From: Callorhinchus milii
Taxonomy: Eukaryota
Direction: 5' to 3'
DNA length: 64,000 bases
NCBI RefSeq assembly: GCF_018977255.1
Contig: NW_024704742.1
Location: 25,174,001 to 25,238,000 of the forward strand
Part shown: one piece after another, positions 25,301 through 39,025 of the stretch
Layout: each line of letters starts with the position of its first letter
Numbering within the stretch: position 1 is the first letter of the stretch
Notes under the pieces: model-generated
Told to the model about the DNA's origin: nothing
The model's database searches: none
Seen by the model: only the letters and a program-made list of their open reading frames with translations
Made by a program: the position numbers and the translations under genes

Positions 25301-26146
25301 GCTTTCAGAGAGAGGTATTTGCGGAGATGGACGATGCGTCGGAAGTGGAAGAAAGCGGTACTGGTGAGGGACTGGATATGGGGGAGGAAGGACAATTGGG
25401 GGTCGAACCTGATGCCAAGGTTGCGTACGGGTTTGGAGAGTTTTAGGGGGAGGTCGGGAAGGTGGATGAGGTGAGAGCCGTCGGATTTGAGATATTGACG
25501 AGAGCCAAAAAGTATGCTTTCCGTCTTGTCGATGTTCAGTTGAAGGAAATTTGCGCTCATCCAGCCCCTGAGGTCTGACTGGGAGCTCACAAAGAGAGGT
25601 GGAAAAATAAAGTTGGGTGTCATCTGCATACATGTGGATGTGTTACCCCATGTTTGCGGATGACATCCCCAAGAGGGAGCATGTAGTTCAGAAAGAGGAG
25701 GGGCCAAGGATGGATCCTCGGGATACCCCACAGGTAACCGGGTGAGAGCGGGAGGAGGAGCCGTTTGTGCAAATGTACTGCTGGCAGTTCGTGAGGTAAG
25801 ACTCGAACCAGGCGAGTGCGGTCCCACTGAGGTGGATGACGGAGGAAAGGCGGTGGAGGAGGATGGTGTGATTGACTGTGTCAAACATGGCGGAGAGGTC
25901 CAGGAGGACAAGGAGGCAGAGGGATCCCTGGTCACAGATAAAGAGGATGTCGTTTGTGACTTTCACAAGCGCAGTCTTTGTACTGTGGGCAGCGCGGCAA
26001 CTGGACTGGAGTGGTTTGAAGAAGGAGTGGGAGGAGAGGTGTGCGCGAAGTTGATTGGCAACAACAAATTCTAGGACTTTTGCGAGGAAGGGCAGGTTAG
26101 AAATAGGGCGGTAGTGGCTGGGGTTTGAGGGATCTAGGGAAGGTTA

Positions 26147-26459
26147 AATAATAATCCTTGCATTTGATATAGCGCTTTTCACGTCGGAAGGACGTCCCAA
26201 AGCGCTTCACAGAACACACTGTAAAGTGAATTGACTGTAACTTTGTGGGCGAACGCGGCAGCCAATTGCGCACAGCAATGTCCCACAAACAGTCGTAGAT
26301 TGAAAATGCCAATTTTATTATTGTTTTTTTTGGAGGGATTATTATTAGGGCTCTGTGTGGAGTAAGGAAACTTGCCCAAGGTTTCGCCCTCTGCCTGGAA
26401 TTGAACTCAGGTCTCTCGCTTGCAAAGCGAGTGCTCTAACCACTGAGCTACAGGACTCC
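26147..26459 (-). mobile_element. Family A SINE nested in the L2 ORF
   Basis: Splits ...TPILKKP|SLDP...; ggtt duplicated at both sides. Confidence 0.92.
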
Positions 26460-28269
26460 ACGGTTTTTTGAGGATGGGAGTGATGACAACAGTTTTGAGG
26501 GGGGCAGGGACTGATCCGGAGGAGAAGGACTGGTTGATGATGTTAGCCAGTAGTGGGCAGAGGAGGGGGAGCTGGGTGACCAGCAAGTTGGTGGGGAGGG
26601 GGTCGAGGCAGCAGGCGGTGGGTTTCATGGAGGTGATGGTGGGTGAGAGGGAGGAGGGAGAGATGGAGAGGAAGGAATGTAGGATGCGGGTGGTGGTAGA
26701 AGCAGATGATGGTGAGGGGGACAGAGAGGGAGTGGTGGTGGGTGACAAGAGGCAGTTGGATGAGGCTGCCTGGCGGATTTTGTGAATATTAGATGAGAAG
26801 AAGTCCATGACCTCCTTGCACTTGGCATTGGATATGAAGATTGAGGAGGCCTGAGGAGGGGCACGGAGGAGGCAGTGGGTGGTGGAAAAAAAGACTTTCG
26901 GGTTGTGTTTAGCCTCCAAGATGATGTTGGAATAGAAGGCCATTTTTGCGCATGTCAAAGATCGGCGGTAGCTGTGGAAATGCTCGAGCCACAGTTGGTG
27001 GTGAACTGTCAGGCAAGTTTTCTGCCATCTGCGCTTGACCAGCCGGATTTGGATTTTTAGGGAGCGGAGATAGTTGTTGTACCAGGGGGATCGGGTGGGA
27101 TTGGAAATGGTCCTGGATTTCAGGGGGACAAGGGAGTTGAAGGTGGAGGAGAGGCGATCGTGGAACAGCTCGACTGCTGCTTCAGGATCTCCATGGGTTG
27201 AAGGCCAGAGGGATAGGATGTTTGATGAAGTGAGGGCCTTTGTGAGGGTCTCAGGGGGTAGCCTTTTCCAAGGGCGGTAGAGGATGGTTGAGGGCTTGGT
27301 TGAGGAGAGAGGGATGTGAGAGGAGAAGCAGATGAGGAAGTGGTCCGAGATGGCCTTGTCCACAATGCTGAGGTCGGAAATGTGAAGGCCATGGGTGATG
27401 ACGAGGTCGAGGGCATGACCACGGTTGTGGGTGGGTGAATTTATGCGAAGGGTAAGGTTAAGGGAGGAGAGGAGGGCAGTGAAGTCAGCAGAAGTGGTGC
27501 AAGGGGAGTTTAGGTGGAGGTTGAAATCACCCATTATGAGTAGGCGCTCGGAGCAGAGGGACAGTGAAGAGAGGAGAGTAGAGATGTCTGTGTGGAAGGA
27601 GCCGGGGGGCTTGGGGGGGGCGGTAGACAAGGAGGATTTTCAAAGGGAGAGAGGGGTGGAAGAGGGTGAGGTGCTCAAAGGAGGGGAAACAGCCAGAGGA
27701 GTTGGGGGTAAGCCCAAGGGAGGTTTAGGAAATGAGGGCCACCCCGCCGCCATGTTGGTTTGGATGGGAGGTGTGGTGGAATGTGTAGCCTGGAGGGGGG
27801 GCTTCCACTAGGGGGACAGGGTCATTGGGGGAGAGCCAGGTTTCGGTGAGCCCAAGAATGTCAAGGTGCTCGTCCAGGATGAGGTCGTAGATGGTGAGGG
27901 CTTTATTTGTGAGGGAACAGACGTTTTGGAGGGAAATGCGGGTGGGTTTGCTGGAAGGAAGGCAGGGAGGAGAGAATGATGCGGAGAGGATTTTTGGGTG
28001 TACGGGAGAGATGGTTGTGGAGAGTGGTGTGAGTGGAGAGTTGGGGAGGGTACGTATGAGGGAGGGAGAAGTTGGATTTGCCTTAAGGAGGTTGTTTGAG
28101 CGGAGAGAGTGATTGGACCCGTGGGTTTGCTGCTCTGGGACAACCAGTGCCGGGAGCCACGATGGGCCTGGCGGAGGCTGCCCAGGCTGGAGCAGAGGGA
28201 AGTGGTGATGGAGTCAAGGAGAAAGAGAAGGCGAGCAGGGCGGTGGGAGAGAAGAACAGAGGGGGAATA

Positions 28270-28466
28270 GCGGATAGAGGGGGTGAGAGGAGAGACATAG
28301 AGGGGGGTGGGAGAAGAGACATAGAGGTGGGTGGGAAGTGAGACATAGAGGAGGGTGAGAGGAGAGACATAGAGAGGGGTGGGAGGAGAGACATAGAGGT
28401 GGGTGGGAAGTGAGACATAGAGGAGGGTGAGAGGAGAGACATAGAGAGGGGTGGGAGGAGAGACAT
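28270..28466. repeat. 24-bp unit / 72-bp higher-order tandem repeat at the L2 5' end
   Basis: Repeated gagacatagag(a/g)ggg(t)g... units. Confidence 0.85.
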
Positions 28467-30999
28467 TTAGGTGAAGTCCTTTTTTAAGGCAAAACATTTT
28501 GTTACATAGAGGTGATCAAATACTGGAATGGATGACTCCAGGTGTAAGATGAGGAGAAGAAAGTAAGGGTTGTGTGATCCACCCATTGATCGTGCGGGTA
28601 GTTGAGCCAGGAAATTAGACTCATTTAAGAAACAGCCTGAGATCAGAAATTCCACCAAGTCTTAGTTTGTAAAACAATTTTGTCTTAAAATTTTATATTG
28701 AACACAGAACTGCTCAAAATTCTTCAATTCCATTTTAATTTGGAAGCTGGTGTTTTTTAAGATCTATGGAAAATTGGCTTTCGAATTAAGAATGAATCAA
28801 ATAATTTTTCACAATTCTGCACAATCCAAGACTGCATGTACTTTCAAGCCATTGATGCTGTGATGGGAAGATGGTAGAGTGGGCCTACCACCTTGTTGAG
28901 ATGGCCTGAGATCAAATGGGCCAAAGAGTCTTATTTATCTCTGAATACTGTGGAGCTCAGTACTTCACTTCTGTGTTCAGTATTGGCAGCACAACTAGTA
29001 CAGTGCATGATATCTACTGTATGCAATAGTTACAGTAATATATATATATATACCACCAATTGGCCAGCTAATTCAACTTTCTTTTGGTTTGTTTAGCCCA
29101 AAAATCCATGAAAAGGAATAGTTTTTGAAATGTGTGACACTGAGACAAAAATGTATCTTGGAAGTTCTAAATATATATGTGGTAGTACAAACCATTTGAA
29201 GCAGGGTGATCTGGCTGGGTAGTCACACAATCCTAAGTCTAAAGGGAGATAATGTACACTGATAACCCATTCATACGTGATTCAAAACATTATATCCACT
29301 GTGCTGACATCCCTTTCACGAGGAGCAGAGGAGAGTTCAGTACATACACAACTGAGGACACATGCAGAAGGGCTGTGCTAAATCCCCCCCCTCCCCTCCC
29401 TTACCCCACCAACCCCAGCTCAGGTCTGAAATGCTGTACTCTGTCCAGTGCCTTGGGACATCCTCCCGACATGAAAGGCGCTATACAAATGTAATCTTGT
29501 TGTTATTGTTGTTAGTTCCGTAATGCTAATTAAAAGCAAGTCACACAATATAGTTCTTTAATAATAAGAAACTTAAAGGGTAGTCCAATGGACTGCAGCC
29601 ACAAAAGAACTTTTAAGAGGCCAGTTTTATGAAAGATTTGAACAGAGACTGAATCAAATTGCACTGTCCGCATTTATATTGTAGTAATGCCAATTGCCAT
29701 CCCGATGAAACCAATGAGAGTAATAAGGTGACAATAAGTAATAAGGTTGTTTCTCGCTCCTAATCACTTCTCTGCTGGAAGTGATTTTGAAGGTTTACAG
29801 GAACCACAGTCATCTGAAGGAGAGGAGGAAACTTGGACATTTGTCCATTTTGAGCATTGAAGTCACAGTGAGAAACTCCACCAACTTCACTGGTGTTTGG
29901 GAAAGATTTCAGGTTAATCACAAATGGGATTGGTCCGTAGGGTAAGGAGTAATCTGATAGAGGTCTTTGAAATGATGAAATGATTTGTTGATGCAAATAG
30001 CATAGATGTAGTTAAGGTAAAGCTATATAGGTACATGAGGGAGAAAGGAATAAAAGGTTATGCTTGAAGACTTAGTTGAAGAAGGGCAGGAGGAGGCTCA
30101 TGTGGAGGATAAACACCAACATAGACCAGTTGGGCCGAATGGCCTGTTTCTGTGCTCTATATTCTAATGTGTGTTAAAGAATGCAATGCACAAGTCAGCC
30201 AAGATGGTCTTAATTGGTGTCTATTGTCTGAGGGATCTCACAAGTATCTTTATGTTGAAAGAGGAGAAACACCGGGTAAATGAAATTGAGGTACAGATCA
30301 ATCATGACCTAGTGAAACCTTAGGCAAGTTTCCTTACTCCATACGTCTGATAATAATCCCTCAAGAAAAAAATAATAATAAATTGGTCACTTCAAACCAC
30401 GACTGTTTGTGGGACACTGCTGTGTGCAATTCGCTGCCGCCTTTTGCCTACACAAAAAAATACAGTCAATTCACTTTACAGTCTATTTTTTTGGTGCCGG
30501 CTTTTTTCAGTGTCTAAAAATGCCAGTAAATGCCAGTGCTAGTGTTATAATTGTTTGAATCCCACGAGCAGAAGATCGTGAATAAACTGCATTTCTGCTC
30601 GTGGGATTCAAACTGAGTCAAAGTCCATATTTATGGTCACTAAAGGCCAGCAAGGATGGTGAGACGGAGGCACATGATAGGAATGGAGCCAGCAGGAGTC
30701 TACACATATGTGCAAATTCTTTTTAAATTTTTCTGTTTCGGGCCTGGTCCAGCGAGGTACAAATTCCAAATACCCGGAGTTGGGTAAACCAGAGTTTACT
30801 TTATTAGAGACTGTGAGCACAAAACTAATGTAAGTTTGACACTATGAGTTAAAGGTAAAGGGGAATCTATAGAAGACCTGTTGCCCACTGAGAAGCGAAA
30901 TCAGAAATCACCCTGTTTCATTCAATAAAATTACATTAATTTTCTTTTTTCTTCGTTTATTTCATACTTTTTTTTCTCTGGCTTCTTCTTTCCTCCTCT

Positions 31000-31790
31000 C
31001 CTCTTTCCCCCCTTACTCCTTTCCTTTCCTCCATTCTGCTGTCTCTTCTCTCTGTTCAAACTTATTTCTCTCATCTCGCTGGGTTCTGAAGTAGGTGTTG
31101 CAGGTGAAGGCATATGCTCGTAGGTCCGGAATTGACACCACCAGAAAATTACAGATCATAAGTAAACTTGACTCTATTTCATTTGGGCTCTTAAGGTCTA
31201 AAATTCCAGTTAGTCTTAGCCTGTAAGCCCACTTTATCTTAAAATTTAAGATTGTGCAGAACCGTGTGAAATTCTTAAAATCAATCTTAATGAGGAAGTG
31301 TTTGTTCCCCACAGTACTAGAAAAAGGATCATCTTCCAGATTAGGATGCGATCTAAGAATTTTCCACAATTCTTTGCCTGTCACTTTTTAAGGGAAATGG
31401 TCTTACAGGCTATGACTAGATGGAATTTCGGGTATTTAATTTCTTCCATCTGTCTCTGATTTGAAACATTGGCTCCCACCCAGGCTGAGTGCAGAGGGTG
31501 GAATGGCCCCTGAATGAGCTAAAGGCTCTATTGAGCAGAGCATTGGTCCACTCTGCTCTGTTCTGCACTTGATTTTCAAGGCCTTTTATAAGGGGCAGTT
31601 TTAATAACACCAGGACAAGCCAGCAATTTCTCCAAGATTGTATTTTTAGACACCTTGGTGAGCGTCGGTGATTTGACTCGGCAGAGGAGAGATTCCAGGA
31701 AGATGTCGAGCAAGAAAAATATCCCTAATGTACCTCTGCGTATTAATTTCTCTCCAAATAATTTTGCAGAAATGTGAAGTTTAAAATGAA
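31000..31790 (+). mobile_element. Possible degenerate L1 ORF1-like remnant
   Basis: Weak, broken-frame motifs (WNFRVFNF, IExxA, YPxxxLRINF) resembling L1 ORF1; no intact frame. Confidence 0.25.
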
Positions 31791-33629
31791 ATGTTAGTAC
31801 ATATTTAAATGGGATTCAACCACGTTTCTCAATTAACAGATAACCATGCACTTCCGTTTTAAAAATTGCTGGTTACACTTAAACTAGGGGATAGGCATTG
31901 CCAGGAATTCCTTCAGAGGGGATGTCTGGGGTTGGAGATCAGTCTGCTTTATCTAGTGAATATGATAACGTGAGCTAAACACTATTCGAATTCCGTCAAA
32001 TTTGTTCTTGCATTTAAAAATGAATTTAATGCAATTTTTAATTGTAAGTAACACAATTTTCTACATATAAAATTATAATTCTTAAAACTGCATTTTTTTT
32101 AGAGAAGCAAACAGGGCATATTTGCTACCAATTTGTTAAGTGTACCAATTGAAGCCGAGCAGTGTACAGTCCACAGGAACTAATTTGTTGATTAGGTCCA
32201 CAGAGCAGCACAATTCTAATGTCTTATCACCCCATCATGCCCAATTTACATCACAACTTCACAAGATTTGTTTGCATGAATAAGCCTCTTCGGCCCATTC
32301 GATCTATTGTTCTTAATTCAGAATACCCAACCCACTAATTTCATATCACAGCATCAAGATTTTTTTTAAATGATTGCCCTGACCTCAGTCACTTTTCCTG
32401 TTAAACCTGTTCCAATTGCTGATTACTCTCCAGATACAGATACTCTTCCTGCTATCTGGCCTGAAATTGCTCTTATGCAACTCTAATCCTATGTCTTCAT
32501 TCTACTGTCTTGCTGCATCCTAAAGTATTGTTCTAGGTTCACTTTTTCAATTCCATTTAAAATGTTATGCATCTATATAAGATCCCGTCTGAGTCGTTTT
32601 CTCACGATTGAAAGGCCCTCACTTGCTAATTGTTGCTCATAGCTCATTCTTCTAACACTTGTTGCTCTTCTCTGTCTTGCCTCGAGGGCTCAGCAGCCCT
32701 GTTATGGCATGCCAACCAGAACTCTATACAGTGCTCTAGGTGCGGCCTGACCACAGCACTGGACAGCCTGAGTATGAAAAATATGGATTCAGGTAGGGCA
32801 TTCCACATGCTGTTAGCTTGGAGTAGACTGAATTCAAGGCTTCAACTCTCAAACCTTCAGAGCCAAAGCAGAGCATGCTACCAACTGAGCCAAGCTAATA
32901 CTAAACCAGAATATCGCAATCCCCTCTGAGGGAAAGCTTCACAAAATGAATTTTCCGCACTTCCCTCTAACCAGCTGTTTTGAGTATAAAGCACAGTAAC
33001 GGGCACTGGGACACATGTGACACTGAAGTGGTGTGGGATAATAATAATCCTTGCAGTGATATAGTGATGTGGCGCTTTATCACATCTTCGAGACGTCTCA
33101 AAGCGCTTCAAAGATATACTGTAAAGTGAATTGACTGTGTTTTGTCAGCAAATATCTTGTGAAAAAAGAGGTGTGATTAAATGTGGTTATCTCTCATTGT
33201 AATATTTTGAATACAATTCAGTAGAATATGGGAATATGTTTGATCATTTGATGTTAGTGTAAATTATTGTTAAATTATCGAATACTGCAAGTGTTACCCC
33301 ATTGTTACATACCAAACAACAGTAGGTTTCACTTTTTTTAATGCTCAACACTGCACTTCCGCAATGGTTTAACCTTCAATTCTACTACAGTACAGACAAT
33401 CTAACTATAGATATACACATGAAGGGAAAGGGAAACAAGGAAGTGGGAGAGGAGTAAGGAGTGATTGGAGACTCACGTGGAGTATAAAAATGGATAATCT
33501 ATGATAATTTGATGAGGCACTCGTGTGTTAAACAGTCGGACATTGTTCAGATTGCCTGATCGTTCTACTGAAGGAAGCTGAACAACAGATGCAAACTGAT
33601 GTTTAAATGCACAGTGAACTTGATAAGCA

Positions 33630-33705
33630 AAACACATAACTTAGTTTAACACTTAGTTTAACTTAGTTTAACATAACTTAGTTAAACACATAACATTAGT
33701 TTAAC
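33630..33705. repeat. Short AT-rich tandem repeat (acttagtttaac)
   Basis: About 5 imperfect copies. Confidence 0.8.
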
Positions 33706-34764
33706 TGCAATGTTTCTACAATGTGATTTAGATGTTAACCCCAAACCTAATATTGATGGCTCTTTCAGTTGTAGTTAATGATTAAGCATACTACAATCTT
33801 CAGTAAGCCAAGGCTAAATCTTTCATTAACTTAGGAACTCGATGTACCAATGTTGAAAAACAGTGATAACTGCTGGCCATGCCCACTCTCTGAACAAGGA
33901 TTAAATATGTGCTGACTTTCCAATTGTGTTTCATAGGTCTTTGATTTGCAGCGATCATTTCAACTTGGTGTTTAAAGTTCATCTGTTGAAATATGTTCTG
34001 TTTATTTTGTCCTTCAAACTCTGCTCCAGTGCTTTAGGATGTCCTCCTGATGTGAAAGGTATACAAATATAATTTGTTGTTGTTGTTGTTTTAATAACGC
34101 TTTGGATGTGTTGGTTTTCTTCTCCAGACTTTTGTCACCTGTGTCATCCTCTTTTGCTGTAATATTTTGCCCTATTTTACTTGAGCTGCTGATGTCAGCT
34201 GCAGTCTTCATCAACAATCTCTTTTTATTCATTTGAAGAATGATCATTTAAAGGTTAAGGTCTCCTGCAGATTTTGTAAAGCATTACATAATGCATCCAA
34301 ATATCGTCTGATGTAAGAAGTGATAACCTGATGTTGGTGGTGTCTATCTTTGAGTAACTTCACTTTGTTGTAGCTTTCATATTTAGGGACAATTATTGTA
34401 TAAGGACAGACAGCTATTCAGAAAACGTGACAGAGCAATTTATTTTCAGAGTAAGTGGGTGTAATGTGTAGTGTCCCGGCCAATGAGACTGAGGGTTTAC
34501 GTATAAATGTATATAAATGTAAATTGCGTTGTATTTAGATTTGATGCTGTTGGTAATAATTCTGGAGTAGAACTTTGAGTCAGAAAGAAAGAAAATGCAA
34601 AAGGAAATCACTGGTGCAGTGAAAGTACTCTGGAATTTGAAATAAGGTTTTGGGGAAGACTTTACATTGCCTTGCATCTGTGCCTCTGTGAGTTGAAAGT
34701 GTCTACAGGACAAAACTTTTCTGTTCTGCAATATTTCATTTTTCAGAAGCAAACCTGTTCTACC

Positions 34765-35223
34765 AACAACAACAACAACAAGATTCCATTTATAAAGCGC
34801 CTTTCACGTCAGGAGGACGTCCCAAGGCGCTGCACAGTTGGGTCAGGACCCGAGCAGGGGGAAATGGTCAGGGTGAGGGGAGGGAAGGGAGGGAGCGAGA
34901 AGGGGGGAAATGGTCAGGGTGAGGGGAGGGAAGGGAGGGAGCGAGGAGAGGGAAGAGAGTCGAGAGGGGAGCTGAAGGCTCGGTCAAAGAGAAAGGTTTT
35001 GAGACCGGCCTTGAAGGAGGAGAGGGAGGAAGCAAGGCGAAGGCACTGGGGGATGGAGTTCCAGAGCCTAGGGGCTGAGAGACTGAAGGCCCGGCCACCG
35101 ATGGTAGGGCGATTGGGGCGGGAGACGTGGAGCAGACCAGAGCCAGAGGAACGGAGGGTACGGGCAGGTAGGTAGGGGGATAGTAGGTCAGAGAGGTAGG
35201 AGGGAGCAAGGCCGTGGATGGCC
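34765..35223 (-). mobile_element. L2 3' fragment with an internal ~47-bp tandem duplication
   Basis: Near-identical to 57645-58060 in reverse; ggggaaatggtcagggtgaggggagggaagggagggagcga occurs twice. Confidence 0.92.
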
Positions 35224-36484
35224 AACTATCGAAACAAGCTGAGCAAGCATTAGCAACACCTAACGTTAGCAGGTAACAGCTTTCTACCTCACTGACTATT
35301 TTGGTATTAGATTTGCCTTTCATTGAATTGAATGCTGACAGGTTAACTGAAACAGCATTTCACTTATACGTGGTCCCATCTTGCATGGTTAGCTGAAAGT
35401 AGAACATTTTTTCGAACTTAATTAGCGAGGGCATACAATCATTTGCCCCAGTTTAGAAAAGTTTTTGTCATTGTCAGTGTTGAGCCCCTCTCCCTATCTC
35501 CATTCTATACTACAACAACAACAACTTGCAATTATATAGTGCCCTCCACGCTTTACAAGTCTCCGAGGGCTTATACTCCCCTGTTCCCTTCTCTCTCATG
35601 TTTGCACCGGATTTCCTCTTAAATGCATTAATGCTTTCTACTTCAAACATAACTTCTGGGAGTGATATCCACTAAGAACTTTGGTTTTATTTCTTAAATA
35701 AAACTACAGGGTTTACAGGAGCTGAGTGGGAGAATTCCCTGCCCCCAGTTACTGGTCTGCCCTTCCAAGTCCTGCCTGTCATCAGAATAGGAACCAGACT
35801 ACTGAGCCTGCCAAAGAGGGCTGGCTCGATTCTTCTGTTATTCCGTTGCCAAATATGTCAACTTGGAGACAGTTCAGCCCGACTTACCTCCTTGCTCCCA
35901 CCAGGTGTAGGTTTAAGCACTCACTAAGTGGCTGGTAGTTACCAGGAACAATAACAACAACAAAATTACATTTATAGAGCGCCTTTCACGTCAGGAGGAC
36001 ATCCCAAGGCGCTGGACAGACAGAGGTCAGGACGAGCATGGGGTAGGGGTGGGGTAGGGGTGAGAGAATGCAGAGAGGTCGGAGGGTGACTGAAGGCATG
36101 ATCGAAGAGGAGGGTCTTGAGACTGAACTTACAGGAAGATAGTGATAATGCTCTCACACATTTCATGCTGAGCTGTGTTGCCCAGTTCGTAAGGCATTCT
36201 TGGCACTTAAGGATAATGGACGTCAAATTGGGAAAGAAGAAACTGTTCGTTGCTCTCCGATCAGTTTTGAAACAACAAAGTGCCGATTATCCAGACAGCT
36301 CAACCTGCTGCTCTGGTTATTAATGTACTGCACCTTTCGCACACTATACTCCGCCCTTTCACAACAGTGAACATTGAGTGCTGTTATTTCATCGTGAGCA
36401 AAGATCATATCGAGGAAAGTATGCCAAACAGTTTCAATGAACGATTGGCCAATTACTTTACAAGCTACAGATAAGATGTTACAT

Positions 36485-37390
36485 AACTACAACAACAACA
36501 AAATTACATTCATGAAGCCACTTTCACGTCGGGAGCACGTTCCAAGGCATTGGACAGACAGAGTTTCGTACCCAAGCTGAGGGTGGAGGCCAGGCAGGGA
36601 AGCAGGGAAATCGAAAGCACGTTCGAAGAGGAGGATGCTGAGAGGAGCCAGAGGGAGCCCTGGTCGCAGAATGTTATTTGTCACTTTGACCAGGGCTGTT
36701 CTGTGCTGTAGGTGACGCTGAAACCCGATTGGAGGGGTTCGTGAAGGGAGTGGTGGGAGAGGAAGCAGTGAAGTTGGGAAGCAACAACTTGTTCCAGGAC
36801 TTTGGAGAGGAAAGGGAGGTTGGAGATGGGGGTGGTAGTTTGAGAATAGAGATGGGTCCAGGGAGGGTTTTTTAAGGATAGGAGTGATGACGGCGGTTTT
36901 TAATGGAGTGAGAACAGTACCAGTTCACAGGGAGAAGTTTATTATGTCTATAAGTTGTGGGGCAAGGAGGTGGAGCTGGGAGGTAAGAAGAGGGGTAGGG
37001 ATGGGGTTGAGGGAACAGGTGGTCGGTTTCATGCATGTTATAGTAGTGGTGAGAAAGGAGTGGGAGACAGGTTCAAAGGTGTGGAGGGAAGATGGGTAGG
37101 GGCCGGGGTGAGAGGGGGAGATGGGGAGGGGGTAGCAGACGGAATGGCAGAGGTAGCGAGCGGATCCCCTCAGCTTTGGATTCAAGGAAGTCCAGCCTTT
37201 TGGCATTTGAGGTGAGGATGGGCGAGGCATGAAAGGGTGGGCAGAGCAGCTGGTTGGTGATGGAGAAGAGGAGCCTGGTGTTGTCCTTGGCCTACAAGAT
37301 TGTCTTGGAGTAGAACGACAATTTAGCGGAGGCAAGGGCGGAGCAATAAGATTTGATAAGGTCCAGCCAGATCTGCCAATGGACCGTTAA
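36485..37390 (-). mobile_element. Internally deleted L2 LINE fragments
   Basis: MKPTTCSLNPIPT, minus-strand TPILKKPSLDP...[21 protein letters not shown], then the 3' tail. Confidence 0.85.
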
Positions 37391-38584
37391 GTTTGATTTA
37401 AGCCAGTTGCATGTAGCTGTACAGTAATGTACTGTACTGTTCGGAAATAGGCCATACCCTTCTATTCCCTTCTTCCTCGTGCATATATTTATGTAGTTTC
37501 TGGAGATTTTGAAGTGCTCAAAGCTTTTTGTTTTAGATAATGTTTCTAATTATTTACTTACTCCTGGATTAGAATGTAGAACAGTTTTTGTTTTGGTCAG
37601 CCAGGTATCTAACACATGTAGAAACCCATCAATATGCTTGAAAGTATCCAAACCAGCCTGAGAATTCCAAATCATGGAAATTCTCCTGTTTCTGGATTAG
37701 AATTTACATTCTTTTCTTGCATGGTAATTCTAGAAAGTACTAAACAATGATTGGCAAGGGCCTAGGCTAGGGGATCACAGAGTGCCTATTGGGATACTGC
37801 TGGAGTCTAACAATGCATAACTTTCCATTGTCAGCACTGTCTAACAGTTAGGACCAAACTACCTGATAGGGCCTTGGCTTGCAGGAGCCGGGTGGGAAGA
37901 AATCCTTGCTCCCAATAACTCGCTTCTCCAAGTCCTGCTAACCAGCCAGGCTGGCTGGTCTGTCATCTGTATTGATCTGGATAGCCAAGCTAAAGGAGCT
38001 TACTGCTATTTCCTCCTTTCACTCTAGGTTTCACTCTGCAGTTAAAGCTTTCTATGACATTCAGACACAGAAGAAAAACTGCACTTACACAGAGAAACAT
38101 TAGAAAGTCACTGGGTACCCTTGACGTTGATGTCAACATAGTTAATAGTATCCACTGCATCTCTCGGGAAAGGGGACTACAACAATCTCCAATGGCAAGA
38201 GAGACATTTCATGCTCTTTTCCCCATCCCCTCTTACTTTACCCTCCAATGATTGCTCAATAGGTTGGAATCTGGGTGTGAGTTATGGGTAGGATGATGGT
38301 GGCAATGGTCTCACCATTTCATGCTGAGCTCTGCTGCTCACCAGGAAGTTTGCAGGTTCCTGGGTCCTGCTACCCATCTAATGATGGCTCAGACTTATTC
38401 TTGTCAGGTCAGCAGTATTCCATACCAGTGCTGATAACAGACCAGCCCGACTGGTCATCAGTAGGAGTAGGGTGGAGAGATTGAGCCCACTCAGCTCCTT
38501 TTAAGTTGCAAACCAAAGCCATAGCAGGTAGAGTGGTTCTCGTTCTATTTGGCAGCAGGAAGCTTGCTAGACAGGGTCACACAT

Positions 38585-39025
38585 GAAAACAAAAACAGAA
38601 GTCGCTGGGAACACTCAGCAGGTCAGGCAGCATCTATGGAGAAAGGAAAATGAGTCAAAGTTTCTGGTTTTTACCACATCATCTTGGTCCCAGACATACC
38701 TTTTCTCTCCCTGATCTGCTTGTTTTGTTGCAAGTTTTCTTTCCCCCGCCCTTTGTTCTGCAGTATTAACACTGCTTTAACTCATCATCTCCTGTCCTCT
38801 ACCCCATTTTCTCCTTTGTCTTCATTGCCCTACCTCCCCCCTCTCTGTTAGCCCTTAAAAGCCTCTTCCTCCCAACATGCCCTAGTTCTGACGAAGGGTC
38901 GTGGACCCGAAACGTTGACTCACTTTCCTTCCTCCGTAGATGCTGCCTGACCTGCTGAGTGTTCCCAGCGATTTCTGTTTTTGTTTTCAGATTTCCAGCA
39001 TCTGCAGTACTTTGTGTTTTATTTA
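38585..39025. mobile_element. Penelope-derived fold-back element with ~80-bp inverted arms
   Basis: 38585-38664 is the inverse of 38909-38988 (gaaaacaaaaacagaa...cagcaggtcaggcagcatcta); CT-rich spacer. Confidence 0.75.
38884..38920 (+). ncRNA. Minimal type I hammerhead ribozyme motif
   Basis: AGUU-CUGACGA-A-GGGUC(GUG)GACCC-GAAAC-GUU-GACU: conserved core boxes, 5-bp stem II, palindromic AACGUU stem III, 4-bp stem I. Confidence 0.7.

Larger units (their letters stand above)
24716..28466 (-). mobile_element. Near full-length L2-clade LINE (APE endonuclease + RT), inactivated
   Basis: Minus-strand fragments: HRGSR N-terminus, [60 protein letters not shown]; 3' stem-loop and (TTG)n tail at ~24716-24785; frameshifts and a SINE insertion. 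Confidence 0.93.
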
